From positions 1 to 50,383 of IMG/VR virus record IMGVR_UViG_3300014501_000006: 50,383 nucleotides of DNA; one strand, 5' to 3'. This stretch comes from a virus (taxonomy: Duplodnaviria; Caudoviricetes). A model generated the notes under the pieces. The model was not told where the DNA came from. It was given only the letters and a program-made list of their open reading frames with translations, and made no database searches. A program made the translations under genes and the position numbers. Of the stretch, positions 1 through 9,079 are shown in pieces; the first letter of the stretch is position 1; each line of letters opens with the position of its first letter.

Positions 1-123
1 GCCGGTGACGGTTTTAGAGGATGAGATCATCGAGGCATCGATAGACAGCGCGGAATGGAATAGCATCAGGGCCGAACTGGAAGCGGCTGGTTACGAATTG
101 GACTGACAAGGAGAATTTATGAA
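1..123. repeat. Terminal direct repeat, left copy (circular assembly overlap)
   Basis: Bases 1-123 are identical to 50261-50383, and ORF 50169-50366 reads across the junction into the RBS/ATG of the 119 gene. Confidence 0.97.
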
Positions 124-508
124 AAAGCCAATTATCACTCTCGCAATCGCGGTGCTCGCACTCTCTCTGTCGGCTTGCACCGCCATGCAGCAGGGGTTGC
201 GCAACGCTACTGCCGCAGACTGCTCAACCGAGGCGACGCAGCAGGCGTTCGTTAACAATCTGCCGCCTAATCTGTTCGTCACGGGAGCACAGGAGATAGC
301 GATCGAGGCGCAGCTTTGTTATGCCGACTTCGGTAGCGTCCCAGCGCCCGTGACAGCTCCGGGCAACGCGCCGATGATCCCTGCGGTTCCGGCTATCCCC
401 GTGGCGGTTGCGCCGGTTCCTGCGCCAGTAGCGCCAGTGCCGACCGCAGCTCCGACTAGCGCGGCGACTTTACCGACACTGACCGTTCCGCCGACGAGCA
501 CTCACTGA
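119..508 (+). CDS. Proline-rich lipoprotein (possible o-spanin)
   Basis: Good RBS (AAGGAG); MKK + hydrophobic core + lipobox LSAC (Cys20); Pro/Ala/Thr-rich tail; lies at the end of the lysis/membrane block. Confidence 0.7.
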   Translation: MKKPIITLAIAVLALSLSACTAMQQGLRNATAADCSTEATQQAFVNNLPPNLFVTGAQEIAIEAQLCYADFGSVPAPVTAPGNAPMIPAVPAIPVAVAPVPAPVAPVPTAAPTSAATLPTLTVPPTSTH

Positions 509-533
509 TGCGACGGGCGCGCGTGAGAATTAA

Positions 534-1067
534 ATGATCATCGATATCGGCGACGCCATCGTAGTTCTCGGTGACAGCCTGCTCTCGGAAGCGATCGCAA
601 AGCTAACCGGCCCCGTTTCTCATATCGGTATGGTGAGCAAGAAGACCTGCAACGAGCCGGGCTGTACGAATCCCGCCCACTGGGAAGTCACGCAGGCTCT
701 CAGCGACGGCATCAAGACTCTCACGCTGGCAGGAACGATGGCGACCGCGCGCTACGGCTATTGCTTGCATGACAACCTCTTCGCGCTGCCCGACCGGCAA
801 AAGATGGTCGCGTGGGGCCTGAAGCAAATCGGCGTGCCCTACGCTTTTAAGGATCTTGCGCTGGAGGCCATCGACGCGATCACAAGGACCGAGACAGCTA
901 GCATCTATTTCGACGAAAACGGCGCCGATATCTGCTCGCAGTATTACTCGATGGCAGCGATCCAGGTGGGGCGCTCATGTGACGTAAGCCCGAGAAAAGC
1001 CACGCCTTCAGATTGGTTCGAGTATTCGCTGAAGCAGACGAGCTGGTTGACGCAGCCGATCACCTAG
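534..1067 (+). CDS. Permuted papain-like NlpC/P60 (YiiX/YaeF-type) amidase
   Basis: GD-hydrophobic strand, SHIGMV (His), G-x-PY, ICSQY (Cys) and TPSD, in the His-before-Cys permuted order. Confidence 0.8.
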   Translation: MIIDIGDAIVVLGDSLLSEAIAKLTGPVSHIGMVSKKTCNEPGCTNPAHWEVTQALSDGIKTLTLAGTMATARYGYCLHDNLFALPDRQKMVAWGLKQIGVPYAFKDLALEAIDAITRTETASIYFDENGADICSQYYSMAAIQVGRSCDVSPRKATPSDWFEYSLKQTSWLTQPIT

Positions 1068-1082
1068 GTTCTCCTCCGACAC

Positions 1083-1120
1083 GGGGCCGTTCGCCGTCTA
1101 ACCCAGCGGCGGGCGGCTCC
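1083..1120. terminator. GC-rich hairpin between convergent genes (probable terminator)
   Basis: GGGGCCGTTCGCCG / CGGCGGGCGGCTCC stem with G-U pairs where late and early transcription converge; no U-tract. Confidence 0.5.
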
Positions 1121-1124
1121 GGCT

Positions 1125-1715
1125 TCAGCGATTAGCGCGGGCAAGGAGAGTGTCGCCGTGGCAAGCTTCATCCTCGGCGCAAAAACATGCTGCATCTACG
1201 CCGCGAGGAAAGTTATAGTATCCATCACGCGCCCGCCGCCACGTCTCGCAATGAATCTCGTAGGCCTGATCGATCAGATCATCGGGGATTCCCTGCGGCG
1301 ACCAATAGCCCTCAATGCTCCGCTGGAATAGTTCGTTAGCCAGCGCACGACCGAATACATCGACGCGATAAAGATTTCCGTAGCGAGTAGATCGATCGAC
1401 GCATCGAGTGTTGGGCGGCAAGCGGTAGCCCTTCGTGCGCCTACGTTGAACCCTGACCGGCATCCCTCTCACCAAAAGCCGCCCTAGTGCCTCATAGGTG
1501 TCTACAAGAGGCGGCGGGATTTCGTGGCGCCAGCCGCGTTCCATTAAACGCTGAGAGACCTTCGTTCCGGGCGACGGTTCCAAGGCTCCGTAACTAGGAT
1601 GCCTCGTGTGGCATTCGGAGCATGAGACGCCACCACCGACAAAAGCGACTACCCCATGTCCATCACACATCCGCCCCTGCTCGTCGCCTTCCTCCTTCAC
1701 CGGAACCGCCGTCAC
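1125..1715 (-). CDS. DUF4326-like protein with N-terminal Cys/His extension
   Basis: RVQRRRTKGYRLP..VDRSTRYGNLY..ACFC..ACHGDTLL..AN matches the DUF4326 pattern; the start could instead be the internal ATG (MPVRVQ). Confidence 0.75.
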   Translation of the reverse strand: MTAVPVKEEGDEQGRMCDGHGVVAFVGGGVSCSECHTRHPSYGALEPSPGTKVSQRLMERGWRHEIPPPLVDTYEALGRLLVRGMPVRVQRRRTKGYRLPPNTRCVDRSTRYGNLYRVDVFGRALANELFQRSIEGYWSPQGIPDDLIDQAYEIHCETWRRARDGYYNFPRGVDAACFCAEDEACHGDTLLARANR

Positions 1716-1864
1716 ATCTCTTTCCAATCTTTCAACGCTTGCGAGGTCGTGTATCCATGATCGGTGGGCTGTCCGGGGCTACACCACGCGCGATGATGGA
1801 CATAACGACCGAAGCACCATCCAGCACTGAAACACCAGAGCCCCACCAGTATTAGGAGCACCAT
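1712..1864 (-). CDS. Small membrane protein (50 aa, not in ORF track)
   Basis: RBS AAGGAGAGG; MVLLILVGLWCFSAGWCFG; its stop overlaps the next start (GTGA). Confidence 0.55.
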   Translation of the reverse strand: MVLLILVGLWCFSAGWCFGRYVHHRAWCSPGQPTDHGYTTSQALKDWKEM

Positions 1865-1893
1865 CTACCTCTCCTTAATCACAGCCGGCGTCA

Positions 1894-2682
1894 CTACGCT
1901 GTTGCTTGCGCTCCTGGATGTCCACAGGTGCAGTTGCAGCCGTCGCTTTGGCATCTGGTATGATGCCGATTCTTGCAGGCCTTTGACTTCGTTCCGCGTA
2001 GCTGCCACCGCCTCGCTGCTTCCTCGAATTCTTTGCTGGTGCCCTCGAATATTGTCTCGCCGGCGGGACCGGACAGCTTGACGTGATCCGAGTTCTTCCC
2101 GTTCCTGCCCTCGGCGATCGCCAGGACTTCATTCCCGAACAGATTGAGTTGCGCATACTCTGCCCGGAAGTTGGCGAATTGCAGTGCCTCGTGGGAATGG
2201 TGGCCGTGACGTTCTGCAACGGTTTGGAATCCAGCCAAAACCCAATCATGCGGGCGAATCTTGAGACACGCGCGCCCGAGGTCGTCGCGCTGCGGACCTG
2301 TTCGGTCAGGCTCTTTCTTAGTCGGCTTGAGTTGGACCAGGTCGAGATGCTCGAGTTCGTGGTCGATAAGCGCCGCTCGCTGACGGTCGGTGGCCTTGTT
2401 CCATTCGAGGCCGTCGATCATCAGCTTCGCATCGGCGATGCCCCTAGCGCGGTCCTGTAGCGACGTAACCCCGATCTTGGCATCGATCGGATAGCCGCCT
2501 CGCTTCATCGCATGGACGGCCTCAGTATCCCCATCCTCTCCGCCAGGTATCCTGTCGAGGCGGCTGACGATGATGGTGTCGATCGTCACCTTCAGTTTGG
2601 CGAGGTCGGGATGGTACTGTTCCATCGCTCTTTCGACCATCGCCTGGATCGCATTCGGAGCTTTTTCGTACGTAGTGCTCAT
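1894..2682 (-). CDS. Putative phage metallopeptidase-domain protein
   Basis: LIDHELEH (HExxH) followed by IRPHD..AERHG; QLNLF motif; C-terminal Cys/His cluster. Confidence 0.75.
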   Translation of the reverse strand: MSTTYEKAPNAIQAMVERAMEQYHPDLAKLKVTIDTIIVSRLDRIPGGEDGDTEAVHAMKRGGYPIDAKIGVTSLQDRARGIADAKLMIDGLEWNKATDRQRAALIDHELEHLDLVQLKPTKKEPDRTGPQRDDLGRACLKIRPHDWVLAGFQTVAERHGHHSHEALQFANFRAEYAQLNLFGNEVLAIAEGRNGKNSDHVKLSGPAGETIFEGTSKEFEEAARRWQLRGTKSKACKNRHHTRCQSDGCNCTCGHPGAQATA

Positions 2683-3116
2683 GTCTCATCTCCTCCGTAG
2701 GTTAGGTACCAAAGCAATTTGACCTGAGCTTCCTTGTGCCCGTAGCAGACGACCGCATGGTTGCCTGCCTTGTTGAGAGCGGCGAGCCATGCGTTCTGAC
2801 CGTCTGACGGCTCAGCACCCTTGCGAGTGCTTTTCATTTCGATGTAGAGCGCCCAGAAGCCCCGCCGCGCGACAGGTAAGCATAGGTCTGGAAATCCGGC
2901 GCGGAGTCCTTCAGAACGTAGCTTTGCGGCCGCAGCCGAACGCCTAACAACGTCGCCCGCGAGCGCGTAACCGCCATTGGGGATCGCATAGAGCAGCTCC
3001 AATTCGGGGAAGCGCTTCCATTGGGCTAATTCATCGGCCCAAGCGATCACGATCGACTGCTCGTCGTGCTCCGATGGCGCATACTCGGTCAGCTTGAGTT
3101 TGGGCTTAGCGCTCAT
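2679..3116 (-). CDS. VRR-NUC domain nuclease
   Basis: EHDEQ, YAIPNGG, GLRAGFPDL, LYIEMK, S..Q..W motifs. Confidence 0.9.
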   Translation of the reverse strand: MSAKPKLKLTEYAPSEHDEQSIVIAWADELAQWKRFPELELLYAIPNGGYALAGDVVRRSAAAAKLRSEGLRAGFPDLCLPVARRGFWALYIEMKSTRKGAEPSDGQNAWLAALNKAGNHAVVCYGHKEAQVKLLWYLTYGGDET

Positions 3117-3430
3117 CGTGACACCCCAAGGTTATGACGATCGCCAACCCATTCGTCGTAACTGACCAAAGGAACATCGTCCGCGAACTCGGGCAGCAGT
3201 TCTATGTGCTGTAGGCTCACCGCTGCCAACAGGCCGTTAACGGCTATTATGTTGGCGTCGAGGCACCGGGAATAATCGGTGCGATCATTGCTCTTATGGG
3301 GGCTGCCGTCCGCGTAGGACGCACTGTATGTCGCGTGAATATGGCCAGACACCCAGATCAGGTCGCCCTTCCTCGCACCCCAGACGACCCGCGCTCGCTG
3401 CCACTTCGGTTCCATGTCAAATCGCTCCAT
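3113..3430 (-). CDS. Hypothetical protein
   Basis: Packed into the operon with overlaps at both ends; start MERFD. Confidence 0.5.
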   Translation of the reverse strand: MERFDMEPKWQRARVVWGARKGDLIWVSGHIHATYSASYADGSPHKSNDRTDYSRCLDANIIAVNGLLAAVSLQHIELLPEFADDVPLVSYDEWVGDRHNLGVSR

Positions 3431-3638
3431 CCTTGCCACCATCCTTCGGCTTCCGGTGTTGCGAGGCATTCGGGCAATCGGCAAAGTGGCTAAGATAGGT
3501 ATCGCGGACCATCGCGGTAGCATCGCCGTCCGATAGAACCACGCGCTTCTGCTTCGATGCGACAGATAGAGGCATCGTTTTGCCGCTCGCGGTCTTTGCG
3601 AAAATGATCTCGGCACCACATGATGAACACTTAGCCAT
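3417..3638 (-). CDS. Small Zn-finger-like phage protein
   Basis: MAKCSSCGAEIIFAKTASGKTMPL..SHFADCP (CxxC..HxxxC). Confidence 0.7.
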   Translation of the reverse strand: MAKCSSCGAEIIFAKTASGKTMPLSVASKQKRVVLSDGDATAMVRDTYLSHFADCPNASQHRKPKDGGKDGAI

Positions 3639-3640
3639 TG

Positions 3641-3817
3641 TCAGATCGCTCCGATGACGCCGAGGACGAATACGCAGAGCACCGCCGACGCCAGCACCAC
3701 GATCCACGCCACCACTTCTTTGCAATGATCGCGGAAGCTCAACCGTTCCACCGGTTGCACCATCGACTTGGGAATCTTCATCCGGTCGCTGATGGGATAA
3801 ATGTTGCTGCGCTTCAT
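3641..3817 (-). CDS. Small membrane protein (58 aa, not in ORF track)
   Basis: ATGA coupling to the upstream ORF; C-terminal TM segment VVAWIVVLASAVLCVFVLGVIGAI. Confidence 0.55.
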   Translation of the reverse strand: MKRSNIYPISDRMKIPKSMVQPVERLSFRDHCKEVVAWIVVLASAVLCVFVLGVIGAI

Positions 3818-3990
3818 TCGGCGCTCCTCGCTTTCGCCTTGACCAACAATGCAATCAGGTCATCGGCCTCTTGCGGTCGCACATACACGGCGCCCTCGCA
3901 GAAGTCCGTCAGTCGAATCCAGTCATCATCAGGGCCGCCAGCATAAGGCTCTCCCTTGACTCTCTTGGATATAAAATCGACACGGATCAT
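3814..3990 (-). CDS. Hypothetical protein (58 aa, not in ORF track)
   Basis: ATGA overlaps at both ends; MIRVDFISK... Confidence 0.55.
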   Translation of the reverse strand: MIRVDFISKRVKGEPYAGGPDDDWIRLTDFCEGAVYVRPQEADDLIALLVKAKARSAE

Positions 3991-5093
3991 TCGCCATTGC
4001 TCCTATGCCGGGTACCCCCGACGAACTCGATCTCCAATCCCATGTCTTCCGGCTTGATTGATAGCTGACCGCTTGCCTTATCCATCTGAGCCGTCAGCCA
4101 CTTCGAAAAGTCCGAATCCGAAGTCTTGAACAGCATCGCCAGCATCGACGGATTGGGCGCCAGCACCTTCTCGATGAATAGCTTCGGGTCTGCGATCCGC
4201 TTGAGCTTGCACTTCGTGACAATGGAGACGTTCTCGATCTTCGTCTCCTCGCGCGCCGGCGGGGCAATGACAGGGGCTAGTGGCGTCGCATCGAGGACTG
4301 CTACCTCCTCCGTGGCGCCAGCGGCCTCGAGCGCAGCGCGCTCAGCGGCCCTCTCCTCGTCCTGCTGCTTTCGGATCGCGGCCTCGCGCTCGCGCTGCTC
4401 TTGGGCGATGCGCTGCCGCTCCGCCTGCTGGAATCGATAGATGACTCCGGAACAGGTCGTCCGCAGACTCTCGGCCGGTGCCTTCAACTTCCCGACGATC
4501 CCGGTCAGGAATCGATGTAGTTGAAAGGCTGAGTCGGTCTGCCTGCGGAGTTCGGAGCCTTCCAAGTCTTTCAGATACTTGATGGCCTCGACGTCGTATT
4601 CCTTGGCGAGCTCCACGGTCTGCCGGGTAAGAGGACGCTTGCCGAGGTCAGCGATCGCGGTCTGGAATTTATCGGCTTGAGGCTCGAAGGGCTTGCCGAG
4701 GTCTTTGGCCCTCTCGGTTGTTAATGCTGGTGCTGCTGCCACGGTCGTTGTCTCCTTTTCTAGATCCATCCCGAACAGTTCGCGTATTACTTGCGCCGCC
4801 GGGGGATCGTCTCCTGCCGCCGCCACACTCCCGACTGTTTCGGCTTTTGTGGTCGATCCCTCGTCGGCGGCAGGAAGTCCTTTAATTGGTTGGTCCTTTA
4901 ACGGGAGCTGCGATTGATCCATGTCTCTCCATGCGCCAGTTTCACCGAGTAGGCCTTCATCCTCGGGAAGCACCACGGCGTTGTGGCGCGCCTCTGCCGC
5001 CATCTCTCGCCTAGCTCGCGCTGTCGTCGGGCGCCTCATGCTGACCACGACGCCTAAAATCAGGCCGATAACGTAGCGGTCTAGGAAGGTCAT
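3987..5093 (-). CDS. Coiled-coil protein of the recombination module
   Basis: Long E/R/A-rich helix followed by a small C-terminal domain; sits next to the nuclease and RecT; start uncertain. Confidence 0.65.
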   Translation of the reverse strand: MTFLDRYVIGLILGVVVSMRRPTTARARREMAAEARHNAVVLPEDEGLLGETGAWRDMDQSQLPLKDQPIKGLPAADEGSTTKAETVGSVAAAGDDPPAAQVIRELFGMDLEKETTTVAAAPALTTERAKDLGKPFEPQADKFQTAIADLGKRPLTRQTVELAKEYDVEAIKYLKDLEGSELRRQTDSAFQLHRFLTGIVGKLKAPAESLRTTCSGVIYRFQQAERQRIAQEQREREAAIRKQQDEERAAERAALEAAGATEEVAVLDATPLAPVIAPPAREETKIENVSIVTKCKLKRIADPKLFIEKVLAPNPSMLAMLFKTSDSDFSKWLTAQMDKASGQLSIKPEDMGLEIEFVGGTRHRSNGE

Positions 5094-5179
5094 CGTGTTG
5101 CCCTCTTCAGCAAAACCGGCCAAAGCTTCGCGAGTGAAATGAACATGATCCACGGATCGTCGGGGTCAAACGGTTTCAT

Positions 5180-5755
5180 CTAAGCGGCCTCCTTCAACCA
5201 GAATTGGCCCTGGTACTTCGCCCGCGTATGCACCGCTTGTAGTAAGACTCGGAACTCCGCGAAGTCCCGATAGTTAGCCAGCGGCTTGAGCGCATAGCTG
5301 TGGTTCCCCGGCAGACTGATAGCCATCCGCTGCATCTGGCTGACACTCATCCGTCGCGCGATAAGCTGCCCGGCGGTTTGTAGCCCCACCCATTCGGGTA
5401 GAACTCCGGTCTTGATTTCCAGCACACTCAGCTTGCCGTCGAGAATTCCGTACTGATCGGGATGCGCTATCAGCCGTTCAGAGTCGTTGACCCACTCCGA
5501 TTCGTGATCGTGCATTCGCCATGCGTGCTCACCGAGGAACTTCTCGAAGCCAACCAGGTAACGATCCAGTTCGGGATGAGGCTCTTTCCAAGGTGGTTGC
5601 TTGCCCATCGCCAGCCAATGGCAGGCCTTATGAAGAGCGGACCCGCGCGCCTTACCAACGATCGAATTAGCCGCTGGCATCAGGTCCATGTCCTGATAAA
5701 AGCCGTGAATCTTCAACACTTGTGTCACGCTGGGATAATTGCAATCGGTGGTCAT
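5180..5755 (-). CDS. PD-(D/E)xK exonuclease-like protein (probable RecT partner)
   Basis: YPSVTQVL, RGSALHKA, HPDQYG, LEIKTG, QTAGQ motifs. Confidence 0.8.
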   Translation of the reverse strand: MTTDCNYPSVTQVLKIHGFYQDMDLMPAANSIVGKARGSALHKACHWLAMGKQPPWKEPHPELDRYLVGFEKFLGEHAWRMHDHESEWVNDSERLIAHPDQYGILDGKLSVLEIKTGVLPEWVGLQTAGQLIARRMSVSQMQRMAISLPGNHSYALKPLANYRDFAEFRVLLQAVHTRAKYQGQFWLKEAA

Positions 5756-6302
5756 GGCTTATCCGGGCCGTCGAACTCCGCGATTGCTTCCTGGGCGAGA
5801 TCAAGGAGGTCGTCGATCCGATGGATGCACTTGGTACAGCCACCCATGCATTCGCAGCCTTCCCATTCCCGGGCGAGGTCGCGCACCTTCCGCCATCGCT
5901 GCTCGTTATTCATGGTTGCCATGCGACCGCTCCACGTGGTTGTCGAGTCCAAACAACGACTCCAATCGAGCCGGACAGTAAGGGCACTGAGTCTTGCCGT
6001 CCCAGCCGAGTTCCTCGCGCGTCGGTATGCGACGCTTCACCCCGGCGGTATCGTAGAGAGTTTCGAGCAACTCGTTACCAAGCGCGTCTTTGGTGGGAAT
6101 GCTCATGGCTTCTTGTCTCCATCACTTCTTGGATTTCGCTGATCAACTGAGCAGCCTCAACCAGCAGCCCAAACTCACCCGCTAGTGCCGGCGTGGGAAA
6201 TCGATGGGCGCCGAGTTCGTCATCGAAGGTGCCGCCGTGAGCCTCGATTACTTTCTCGACTTTGCGCTGCGCCAGTTCCAACATTCGGTATAGGTCGTCC
6301 AT
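5752..6302 (-). CDS. Three short coupled hypothetical ORFs (6075-6302, 5906-6106, and one ending at 5752)
   Basis: Overlapping stop/start chain; 5906-6106 has a C2H2-like CPYC..HVERSH. Confidence 0.5.
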
Positions 6303-7309
6303 TACTTCACGAACTCCTCGAAGGCCGGGATCTGGCTCTTCTTGAGTTCGGTCAAATCTTCGATTTTGTTGAAATTCTCGTATAGGAACGCGCTCAACTC
6401 CGAAGTCTTACGACCCTTGGACTTCCACTTCTTTTCGAGGTCGGCATCAGTGACGAAACGATCGCCAAGATCCCATCCAGCTCGGGCAGTGTCATAAGGA
6501 CCGTCATCGCTCTTCCTGTCTACAACGACCTCGACGTCGGGTTGCCGCGGCTGCTTCGGGGGATTGTCGAGGTCCGCGTTCGCGGCCTCCGCTTGAGCGA
6601 TCCGCTGGTCAGCTTCCGCTATCTCACCAAATTGCCTGGCATCTACCTCGATCGCACGCCCGTACCTCTCGATCGCCTCCTTGTTTATCCCTTCGGGCAA
6701 CCGTTTCTCCATGATGCGAAAGGGGGTCTTGCGCCAACCTTCCTCCCAAAACTTCTTTGGATTCCACAACAAACCATCTGGCATTTTGGAGTGTGCGCGA
6801 TGGCGGAGCACACGGTCGCGCGACGTGACCTCGAACTGAATCTCGCCTGTCGGCAGAGTAACTAATGCGTAAGAAGCAGCGGCGTCGCCTTCCGCGCGTG
6901 GGATGAGCAGGTCGATTTCGTGGAAGAATCGGGCGCCCTCAGAAGACCGCGACACCTTAAACTTCCCCGCGTCAACCTCGCCCTTGAAGACGACCTCAGT
7001 GTCGAGACTCACGATCGCGCCCGCCTTCAACTTCAGGAACGCGAGACCGCGCCAGCCCGGTTGTCCCTGCGCTTCCTTTCCGTAGGGAACGCAGTAGAAA
7101 TGGCCGCGTGTCCCGCCAATCTCCAATCCCATTTGGGCGGCTTGAACAACGCACTCGATCAGCGATTCGTCGGAGCACTCGCGCAGGAGCGAGTTGCGTC
7201 GAACCAGAGACGCCATCGCGAAAAATCGATCCGGTGTGATCCATTCCGCCAGCATCTTTTCGATGTCCGGTCGTCGCTTTTCCAAGATTGTTAGAAATTG
7301 GTCAGCCAC
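6302..7309 (-). CDS. recT: RecT-family single-strand annealing recombinase
   Basis: LLRECSDESLIECVVQAAQMGLE, FYCVPYG..AQGQPGWRGL, WEEGWRKT..KRLP; RBS AAGGAG. Confidence 0.9.
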   Translation of the reverse strand: MADQFLTILEKRRPDIEKMLAEWITPDRFFAMASLVRRNSLLRECSDESLIECVVQAAQMGLEIGGTRGHFYCVPYGKEAQGQPGWRGLAFLKLKAGAIVSLDTEVVFKGEVDAGKFKVSRSSEGARFFHEIDLLIPRAEGDAAASYALVTLPTGEIQFEVTSRDRVLRHRAHSKMPDGLLWNPKKFWEEGWRKTPFRIMEKRLPEGINKEAIERYGRAIEVDARQFGEIAEADQRIAQAEAANADLDNPPKQPRQPDVEVVVDRKSDDGPYDTARAGWDLGDRFVTDADLEKKWKSKGRKTSELSAFLYENFNKIEDLTELKKSQIPAFEEFVK

Positions 7310-7326
7310 GTCATCTCTCCTTTCGG

Positions 7327-7749
7327 TTATTGCTGTTGGTTCCCGAGGTTCAGCGGATGGTCCTCTTGAGCGGCATCGTCAGCGGCGATTATCACGCGCA
7401 GCGATTGAGCGCACTGCTCCAAAACAAGTCCGGCTTCGTCATGCCCGCGTCCGTTGTCGGACCACAGGCGAATCTGCCTACCAAGTCCGGCGCGCAGCTT
7501 CTCGATCCGGCTGACTAGCGCGAGCACCGTCTGCGGATTCGCTGCGGCGATGTAGCGCAGATCCGCGGAGGGATAACTCCCGCCACTATTATTTGATCGA
7601 ACCTGATGACCCGGCGCTGTCGCGGCGATCAGGTTGTGGCAGTCGTCCACCGTGACTCGGTTGGCCTGCTTGTCATTGCCGAGAATGAACTCGCGCCACC
7701 TGCCGGGCGTCGCCTTCTCCGCGAGCGCCTTCAATTCCGCATCTTTCAT
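7327..7749 (-). CDS. Ead/Ea22-like protein
   Basis: LKALAEKATPGRW and DLRYIAAANPQTVLALV motifs. Confidence 0.8.
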   Translation of the reverse strand: MKDAELKALAEKATPGRWREFILGNDKQANRVTVDDCHNLIAATAPGHQVRSNNSGGSYPSADLRYIAAANPQTVLALVSRIEKLRAGLGRQIRLWSDNGRGHDEAGLVLEQCAQSLRVIIAADDAAQEDHPLNLGNQQQ

Positions 7750-7799
7750 TTCTCCCGCCTCCCTCGTTTCGGTGCCCCGTAATTCTCGTATCGTGTGCA

Positions 7800-7841
7800 T
7801 GTTTAGCAAACCGTACCGCTTATATCAAGCGTGGATTGATA
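7800..7841 (-). promoter_or_regulatory. Leftward sigma70-like promoter with overlapping operator
   Basis: Minus strand TTGATA-17 bp-TAAACA with a TG extension; palindrome TATCAA-N7-TTGATA at 7823-7841 covers the -35. Confidence 0.65.
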
Positions 7842-7945
7842 ATATGTTTTTTCAGACGGCGTGCGAATGTACGGTTGGCCCTACGTAGACAGGGCGTTAG
7901 GCTGTGGGCGGATGGCACATTAAGCCGTGCCTGTAGCAACTACTC

Positions 7946-7987
7946 TATCAAGTTGGCGTTGACAAACGACCCGACCGGCGCTAGAAC
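7946..7987 (+). promoter_or_regulatory. Rightward sigma70-like promoter with overlapping operator
   Basis: TTGACA (7959-7964)-17 bp-TAGAAC; near-palindrome TATCAA-N7-TTGACA at 7946-7964. Confidence 0.65.
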
Positions 7988-7999
7988 CAATCCCGCACA

Positions 8000-8488
8000 A
8001 TGAACGATTCAATTGCCACCAACGGAACTCCCTCGCTAACGTTTCCGCCCATGAGCAAGCGACGCAGCAAGATCAATTGGGTGAGAGCGGCGGTCGAAAA
8101 TGTCGGCGGTGCTTACAAGTTCGCGGAACTGTGGAGCGTCTCATTTCAGGCGGTCTACAACTGGATGGAGCAGGGCACCATTAGCCATTTCAGCGTTGAT
8201 GCTGCGGTCCGGTTTTCCGAACTCACAGGTATTTCGATCGGACACCTGACGGGTATCGAGGGGCTCTCGTTAAAACGGGTCAAGGGACACAGGGTACGCA
8301 AAATGCGTGGAGGCGGGCGGAGGGCATCAGCTAAACAAAATGACCAAACCCAATCGAAGCACGGTCAGCCTGACCCAATTCGCGCGGCTAATGGAGATCA
8401 GCCGAAAAACGGCACTGATGCTGGTGAAAAACCGCGTGGTCCGAAAGGGTCGCGGGCTGGTGGTGGAGAAGGGCCGAAACAGATTTGA
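8000..8488 (+). CDS. Cro/YdaS-like HTH transcriptional regulator
   Basis: AAVENVGGAYKFAELWSVSFQAVYNW HTH; first gene after the rightward promoter; start may be 8051. Confidence 0.75.
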   Translation: MNDSIATNGTPSLTFPPMSKRRSKINWVRAAVENVGGAYKFAELWSVSFQAVYNWMEQGTISHFSVDAAVRFSELTGISIGHLTGIEGLSLKRVKGHRVRKMRGGGRRASAKQNDQTQSKHGQPDPIRAANGDQPKNGTDAGEKPRGPKGSRAGGGEGPKQI

Positions 8489-8570
8489 CCTCGAAGAATT
8501 CGAACGTGCGTATCCGTTGAAGTCATGGCAAGACAAACGGTCGCATGCAGGAAACAATGCGTCTCGGTGA
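8340..8570 (+). CDS. Small excisionase-like HTH DNA-binding protein
   Basis: VSLTQFARLMEISRKTALMLVKN..RFDLEEF; GGAGG upstream. Confidence 0.6.
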   Translation: MTKPNRSTVSLTQFARLMEISRKTALMLVKNRVVRKGRGLVVEKGRNRFDLEEFERAYPLKSWQDKRSHAGNNASR

Positions 8571-8668
8571 TGCAACGATGGTTCGGCGGGAGGGGGATCT
8601 GGGGTGCGGCGGTTCCGGGTCCAACTTCGGGACGGTATCCCTCTCCGCCGGTTTCTGAGGTGAAATTT

Positions 8669-9079
8669 ATGTACGCCAAGGGCACGACAGTTTCGGTCGC
8701 GAAATCGAAGATGGAAATCGAGCGAATCCTTGCGAAGTACAAAGCCGATCAATTCGGCATCGCGGTGGACAACGCGCAGCAGCGTGCGGCGATTCACTTC
8801 CGCATTCAGAAATGGATTGTGCGCTTCGAACTTCAGCTCCCATCTTCGCGCGAGGATGATCGCAAGGTGATGCAGCGATGGCGGGCGCTGGTGCTGACGG
8901 TCAAGGCCAAGCTCGAATCGATCGAATCGAATATTGAAACCTTTGAGGAAGCTTTCCTTCCGCACATCGTGATGCCGGACGGCCGGCGCTTCCATAGCTG
9001 GATACAGCCGCAGCTTACCGACATGCGCGAGAGCGGCAAAATGCCAGAGACGTTGCTCATCACCGGACCGAGCGCATGA
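8669..9079 (+). CDS. Conserved-type phage hypothetical protein
   Basis: RBS GAGGTG; YAKGTTVSVAKSKMEIE..WRALVL.VKAKLE..TFEEAFLPHIV. Confidence 0.75.
   Translation: MYAKGTTVSVAKSKMEIERILAKYKADQFGIAVDNAQQRAAIHFRIQKWIVRFELQLPSSREDDRKVMQRWRALVLTVKAKLESIESNIETFEEAFLPHIVMPDGRRFHSWIQPQLTDMRESGKMPETLLITGPSA

Noticed and set aside
1-123. Biological terminal repeat or att site
   Set aside because: An exact duplication that cuts through a gene is better explained as assembler overlap of a circular or permuted genome.
5180-5755. Cas4 / CRISPR-associated gene
   Set aside because: No four-Cys cluster and no array; the context beside RecT indicates a recombination nuclease.
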